From Candidatus Thorarchaeota archaeon (GTDB lineage: Archaea > Asgardarchaeota > Thorarchaeia > Thorarchaeales > Thorarchaeaceae): a stretch of 10,062 nucleotides of DNA. The stretch is from assembly GCA_048884785.1 (NCBI GenBank), contig JBHLQM010000046.1:18932-28993 (forward strand). The letters run 5' to 3'. Both the position numbers and the translations under genes were made by a program. Below are positions 6,074-10,062 of this stretch, in pieces (position 1 is the first letter of the stretch; each line of letters begins with the position of its first letter). The notes beneath the pieces were generated by a model. The model was not told the origin of the DNA and did not search any database. It worked only from the letters and a program-made list of their open reading frames with translations.

Positions 6074-7578
6074 CTTCGCCTCCAGATTATGACAATCACG
6101 ATAATGAGCCCTGAAGTCACACCTAGAAGTAAGACGAAGACAGGAGGATTGACTAATCGATTAGATAGAATGGCATTTAGGGCATCGCCAGCAGATTTCC
6201 AAGAGTCAGCGACTGCAAGGAGATGTTCAGCAAGCGTTTCAATCTCAGAAGAGTACGCTTCAACTGCTTCATCTATATCACCACTTGACTCGTAGCTGTC
6301 TGCAATCGCAAAGTAGGTTGTTGCTAGAAGGGTTCCATCAAATGCATATGTGAGGTTCACTAGTGAGTCATTGGTACTGAGTGCCTCCATATGCGGATAG
6401 GCCTGTCTCCCGAGTTCAAGAACATCCGTCAGGTCATAAGATGGCATGACCGATGGAAGAGACTCTAACGCACCTTTGTATGAAGGATATTGCAGACTCA
6501 TGAATAGCTCGTGGGAATAGCCAGTGAAGCGAAGAATATCTGCTCGATCTTCCGATTCATCAAACTGATTCAGATAGTTCTTGATTCCTTCTTTGGTTGT
6601 GTCTAATGAAAGACCCCTAAATGCTGCCTCGCCAAAACTGGCAAAGAAGATCTCTTCCATCTCAGGTGCATATGAGGTTCTGTTGCCAAGCAGGCGTTCC
6701 ACGATGAGTTTCCCTATTCTTTCCTCTAGATTCGATACTTCCTCGGCACCAGGTTTGAACACAACTTGCCCATATCCCAGTGTATTCCAGGCAATATCTA
6801 GAGTTGAATAATTCATGGTGTAATACCATCGACCATCATTAGGGTATCCATACCTTTCCCCAAATGCTCCTACACCAGGGTCCATCACCTCAATAGTCTG
6901 AGCTGTATCATTGTATCCTATTGCTACTATAGCATGTCCTGAGCTTGGAGCTGCAGGGTCTTGAGGATAGAGATATTCCCTCAATTCGAAATAGTCTACA
7001 GCTGGTAACCAGTATGGATCAACCCAGAGGACTACAGGATATCCCTCATCAATCGAAGCTCGCATCTGCTCAAATGCATCTTCTGAGCCATCGATTAGTT
7101 CGATGTTGAATTCTGCATCAGCCCAAAGTGGTTCAGCAATTTGAATCCACTCGGAATTCGAGTCAAAGTGTGCTTCATGCTCTATACCCAACAATTCGCA
7201 GAACATAGGAACATTCTGTTGCTGTCTGAAAGAAGAACCCGAAAGAAAGAGCTGGGTATCTTCAATCATAATATATGCAGCTGAAAAACCAATACCTGAG
7301 GCAGCAAAGAATTGATAGAGGTTGTAAGGGATGTCGATGTATTGTAATGCCATATCGACTGAAGACCAATAGCAAAATCCGTTAATCTCCTGCCAGACAT
7401 AGTCGACACCTTCGATGTGCCCGTAGTCTGCGGCAGGAATAAAGGGGGCCACGGCAATTGATGTAACATCTGCCGTGACAAGAGGAGTGGAGAGTGACAC
7501 TCCGAGGAGTGCCACTACCACCAGTGCCAACCCTGCATGGATGGCATCATTACTCATACCCTTCTCCTCCAAGCTCAC
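6070..7578 (-). CDS. Secreted, C-terminally anchored papain-fold (peptidase C39-like / BtrH N-terminal-like) cysteine hydrolase
   Basis: N-terminal hydrophobic signal; Q63-x5-C69; GYPVVLWVDPYWLP; H215 (GHAIVAIGYND); D233 (EVMDP); C-terminal TM + WRRR. The start is either GTG 7578 (GTGA overlap) or ATG 7557 (GGAGGAG upstream). Confidence 0.8.
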   Translation of the reverse strand: MSLEEKGMSNDAIHAGLALVVVALLGVSLSTPLVTADVTSIAVAPFIPAADYGHIEGVDYVWQEINGFCYWSSVDMALQYIDIPYNLYQFFAASGIGFSAAYIMIEDTQLFLSGSSFRQQQNVPMFCELLGIEHEAHFDSNSEWIQIAEPLWADAEFNIELIDGSEDAFEQMRASIDEGYPVVLWVDPYWLPAVDYFELREYLYPQDPAAPSSGHAIVAIGYNDTAQTIEVMDPGVGAFGERYGYPNDGRWYYTMNYSTLDIAWNTLGYGQVVFKPGAEEVSNLEERIGKLIVERLLGNRTSYAPEMEEIFFASFGEAAFRGLSLDTTKEGIKNYLNQFDESEDRADILRFTGYSHELFMSLQYPSYKGALESLPSVMPSYDLTDVLELGRQAYPHMEALSTNDSLVNLTYAFDGTLLATTYFAIADSYESSGDIDEAVEAYSSEIETLAEHLLAVADSWKSAGDALNAILSNRLVNPPVFVLLLGVTSGLIIVIVIIWRRR

Positions 7579-9248
7579 TCTGGTCTAGATAGGCTTCGAA
7601 TCCCTGACACCAGAAACAGAGATCCAAGCGTCAGCAGGATTGCAGGGCCTACTAGAGTGAAGAATATCTCGAAGCCAATGCCTCCCATGATAGCCTCCAG
7701 AGCCACATCTATGTCTGTGATTAGAAGAGCAATCAATATGAAGATTGATGACATCATTGCGAACATGGGAATCATCATCGCCATCATGACATTCGCCTGA
7801 TGAGCAGGGGACTTTGTATCCTCATAGTTGGGATTCCTTGCTGTAACTCCGATAGCAACCATTGATGATCCGATGATAACTATCAGACCAAAGAAGTACA
7901 TCACGATTGATTCAATGATGCTCAGATGGAGCACTAGTGAGATTGCTGCAGTAGGAATTATTGCTATGAACACATTTGTAATGCTGGCCATTGCTAGTCG
8001 CGATTTCACAAACTTTGATGCGCCATTTGGAGCGCCTTGTATGATCCAAAGCTGGTCTCTGCTCTCGAGGAAGGCAATACCTGCATGTGGAAATCCGCCA
8101 ACTAAGGCGAACATCATCCCAAAGACCCCTATAAGCTCCATTACCGGAGCTTCTCCGTCAAGACTACCGAACATGCTCATCATGACTGGCATGATAATAG
8201 CCAAGACTATACCATAGAATAGCTTCGAGATGTTCTGAGCCTTTCTGAAGTAGTCTTTCATGTTGATTGCCATGAGTGTGCCAAATGGACCTCTATTGGC
8301 TCTGCGTACACCTCGTACAAAGATATTCTCTGATCTGACTGTGGTGACTCTTTCAGTTCGTGCACCTGCAGTGATTGTGAATATCCTATCAGACGCAAGT
8401 AATGAGCCCGCAAAGACTACCACCATAAACCCGCCCATAAGAACAGTGCTTATGAACAGGTCGAGTGTGAGGATTGTGCTGAAACCAAGTATTTGTGATG
8501 CTGTAAGGCCAACACCATTGAATCCAATAGTCAACCAGCTAATCATATCCGCAGCCCAAGTGAATGGCAGCAAAAGAAAAGCATTCATCCCTAGAATCTG
8601 AGAGAAGGCTTCCATTGCGAACATGATTGCATACATTGGGATAATGGCTGCAATTCCAACCACAATTGCGAGTGCCTTAGCAATATCATTTCCTCGTGAA
8701 GAGGCTCCAAGTCTAGACTGTATAGCTGAACAGAGGAATGTTGAGATCCAGAGAGCTATGATTGCTGACATAGCCATTACAGCATAGACTAGGATCTGTC
8801 CAATCAGGGACACCTCGTAGACTGCCATAAAGGGAGAAAGGATCAATGGTGCCAAGAAGAGTGCCACCAAGCCATATAGTGGTCCAAGTCCCAGGAAACT
8901 GCCAGCCAGTATATCTCTGGTTTTTACGTTGTTTGAGAGAAAGATCTCCCAGTGACCTATCTTTATCTCCTCCAATGCTCTAGCCATTGGAAAGAGTATC
9001 AATAGCAACCAAACAAACATCATCACTGAACGCATAAGCCCTGGAAAGATGCTGATCAACATGATACGGATCTGTTCCAGAGGTATTAGAGCTGTGATGA
9101 ATCCGACCATAACCAGGGGTGCCAAATAGACAGCCCAGATCAGACCAAGTGCATAGAGGATTGCTGTGTAGAGCTTTCTATGCGGCCGCATTCCAACTGT
9201 GAGTACATAGAACTCGGCCTTTGCAATAGTGAGCCAGTTCCTTGCCAC
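7575..9248 (-). CDS. ABC exporter permease with two ABC-2-like halves (~12-14 TM)
   Basis: Highly hydrophobic 557 aa. Coupling-helix-like segments repeat (EEIKIGHWEIFLSNNVKTRDILAGSFL / LESRDQLWIIQGAPNGASKFVKSRL). Directly downstream of the ABC ATPase. Confidence 0.85.
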   Translation of the reverse strand: MARNWLTIAKAEFYVLTVGMRPHRKLYTAILYALGLIWAVYLAPLVMVGFITALIPLEQIRIMLISIFPGLMRSVMMFVWLLLILFPMARALEEIKIGHWEIFLSNNVKTRDILAGSFLGLGPLYGLVALFLAPLILSPFMAVYEVSLIGQILVYAVMAMSAIIALWISTFLCSAIQSRLGASSRGNDIAKALAIVVGIAAIIPMYAIMFAMEAFSQILGMNAFLLLPFTWAADMISWLTIGFNGVGLTASQILGFSTILTLDLFISTVLMGGFMVVVFAGSLLASDRIFTITAGARTERVTTVRSENIFVRGVRRANRGPFGTLMAINMKDYFRKAQNISKLFYGIVLAIIMPVMMSMFGSLDGEAPVMELIGVFGMMFALVGGFPHAGIAFLESRDQLWIIQGAPNGASKFVKSRLAMASITNVFIAIIPTAAISLVLHLSIIESIVMYFFGLIVIIGSSMVAIGVTARNPNYEDTKSPAHQANVMMAMMIPMFAMMSSIFILIALLITDIDVALEAIMGGIGFEIFFTLVGPAILLTLGSLFLVSGIRSLSRPE

Positions 9249-9253
9249 TCATA

Positions 9254-9261
9254 TCACCTCC
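9254..9261 (-). promoter_or_regulatory. Ribosome-binding site GGAGGTGA for the permease, embedded in the last codons and stop of the ATPase
   Basis: TGG AGG TGA (W-R-stop) contains GGAGGTGA, 5 nt before GTG 9248. Confidence 0.75.
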
Positions 9262-10033
9262 AAGCCAGTAGAGTCTTGCGATCTACTTTGCCACCGACGA
9301 TTTTTAGGTAGGCCTCTTCTAGGTCATCCGATTGAGTTGATTGGATGATATCTTGTGGAGAACCATGAATGATGAGTTCACCGTTGTAGATGATTCCAAT
9401 AATATCGCACACGTCTTCTGCAAATGCAGTCATGTGTGTACAGATGAAGAAACTAGTTTCAGTTTCCTCCGCTAGGGCAAGGATTATGTCTTTGACCAAT
9501 GCACTTGCTGCAGGATCCAGTCGCGAGGTGGGCTCATCGAGAAAGACGAGCTTTGGCTCATGTAGAAGGGTTGAGGCAACCAATACCTTCTGCTTCATTC
9601 CCGAGGAGTATGACTCCAGAAGATCATCCTGGCGGCCCTCGAGTCCCAGCATTCCTAGGAGATTATCGATTCGCCTGTGGAGGGCTTCACCGTTTCTATC
9701 ATTGAGAGCACCAATGAACTCCAGAAATTCAACTGCTGATAGCTTTGAGTAGAGCCCAGGTGACTCAGGTAATAGGCCGGTCATTGCCTTTACTTCATTT
9801 CTATGAGTGGATACATCATAACCGCAGACTTCTGCTTCGCCACTCGTTTGACGCATGAGACCTGAGAGTATACGAACCGTGGTTGTCTTCCCGGCACCAT
9901 TCGGTCCAAGGAAGCCAAACCTACTGCCTGTCGCTACTTCCAGGTTCAGATTTCGCACTGCCTGAACTTTATCGAAATTCTTTGCTAGTGCTTTTGTTCG
10001 AATTACATGTCCGTTTCCAGCCATTGTTTTCAC
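9254..10033 (-). CDS. ABC transporter ATP-binding protein (DrrA/CcmA-like exporter ATPase)
   Basis: Walker A GPNGAGKTT, signature YSSGMKQK, Walker B LVFLDEP, D-loop SRLDP, H-loop CTH. The start may be ATG 10024. Confidence 0.96.
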   Translation of the reverse strand: MKTMAGNGHVIRTKALAKNFDKVQAVRNLNLEVATGSRFGFLGPNGAGKTTTVRILSGLMRQTSGEAEVCGYDVSTHRNEVKAMTGLLPESPGLYSKLSAVEFLEFIGALNDRNGEALHRRIDNLLGMLGLEGRQDDLLESYSSGMKQKVLVASTLLHEPKLVFLDEPTSRLDPAASALVKDIILALAEETETSFFICTHMTAFAEDVCDIIGIIYNGELIIHGSPQDIIQSTQSDDLEEAYLKIVGGKVDRKTLLAWR

Positions 10034-10062
10034 TTTCTTTTTTGTTAGAATGGTTCGATTCA

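Noticed and set aside
347-9752. Remaining antisense or alternate-frame ORFs (e.g. 347-754, 1007-1312, 3224-3658, 7828-8217, 8260-8601, 9390-9752)
   Set aside because: Shadow ORFs lying within well-supported genes.

Overview
Archaeal-looking chromosomal window. Evidence for this: GGAGGTGA/GGTGA ribosome-binding sites, TATA-like boxes, GTG/TTG starts and a crenarchaeal-type short AhcY. An Asgard (Thorarchaeia-like) or TACK origin is an inference only. From left to right it contains: a truncated small membrane-protein gene (-), a flavodoxin (+), a 4-TM His-containing membrane protein (-), a structured 325-bp intergenic region, an uncharacterised multi-pass membrane protein (-), ahcY (-) divergent from a tandem-duplicated Lrp/AsnC regulator (+), a DUF1579-like beta-barrel protein (-), and a tightly coupled 4-gene (-) operon (ABC ATPase, duplicated ABC-2-like permease, secreted membrane-anchored C39/BtrH-like cysteine hydrolase, winged-HTH regulator). 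The most unusual non-coding signal is a 43-bp direct repeat (1684-1726 and 2691-2733, 39/43 identical) bracketing the 276-aa membrane gene. Its substitutions preserve a two-stem hairpin only on the minus strand, via G-U/G-T pairs. A separate ~115-nt nested inverted repeat lies at 1433-1547. No rRNA, tRNA, CRISPR array, transposase or integrase was seen.
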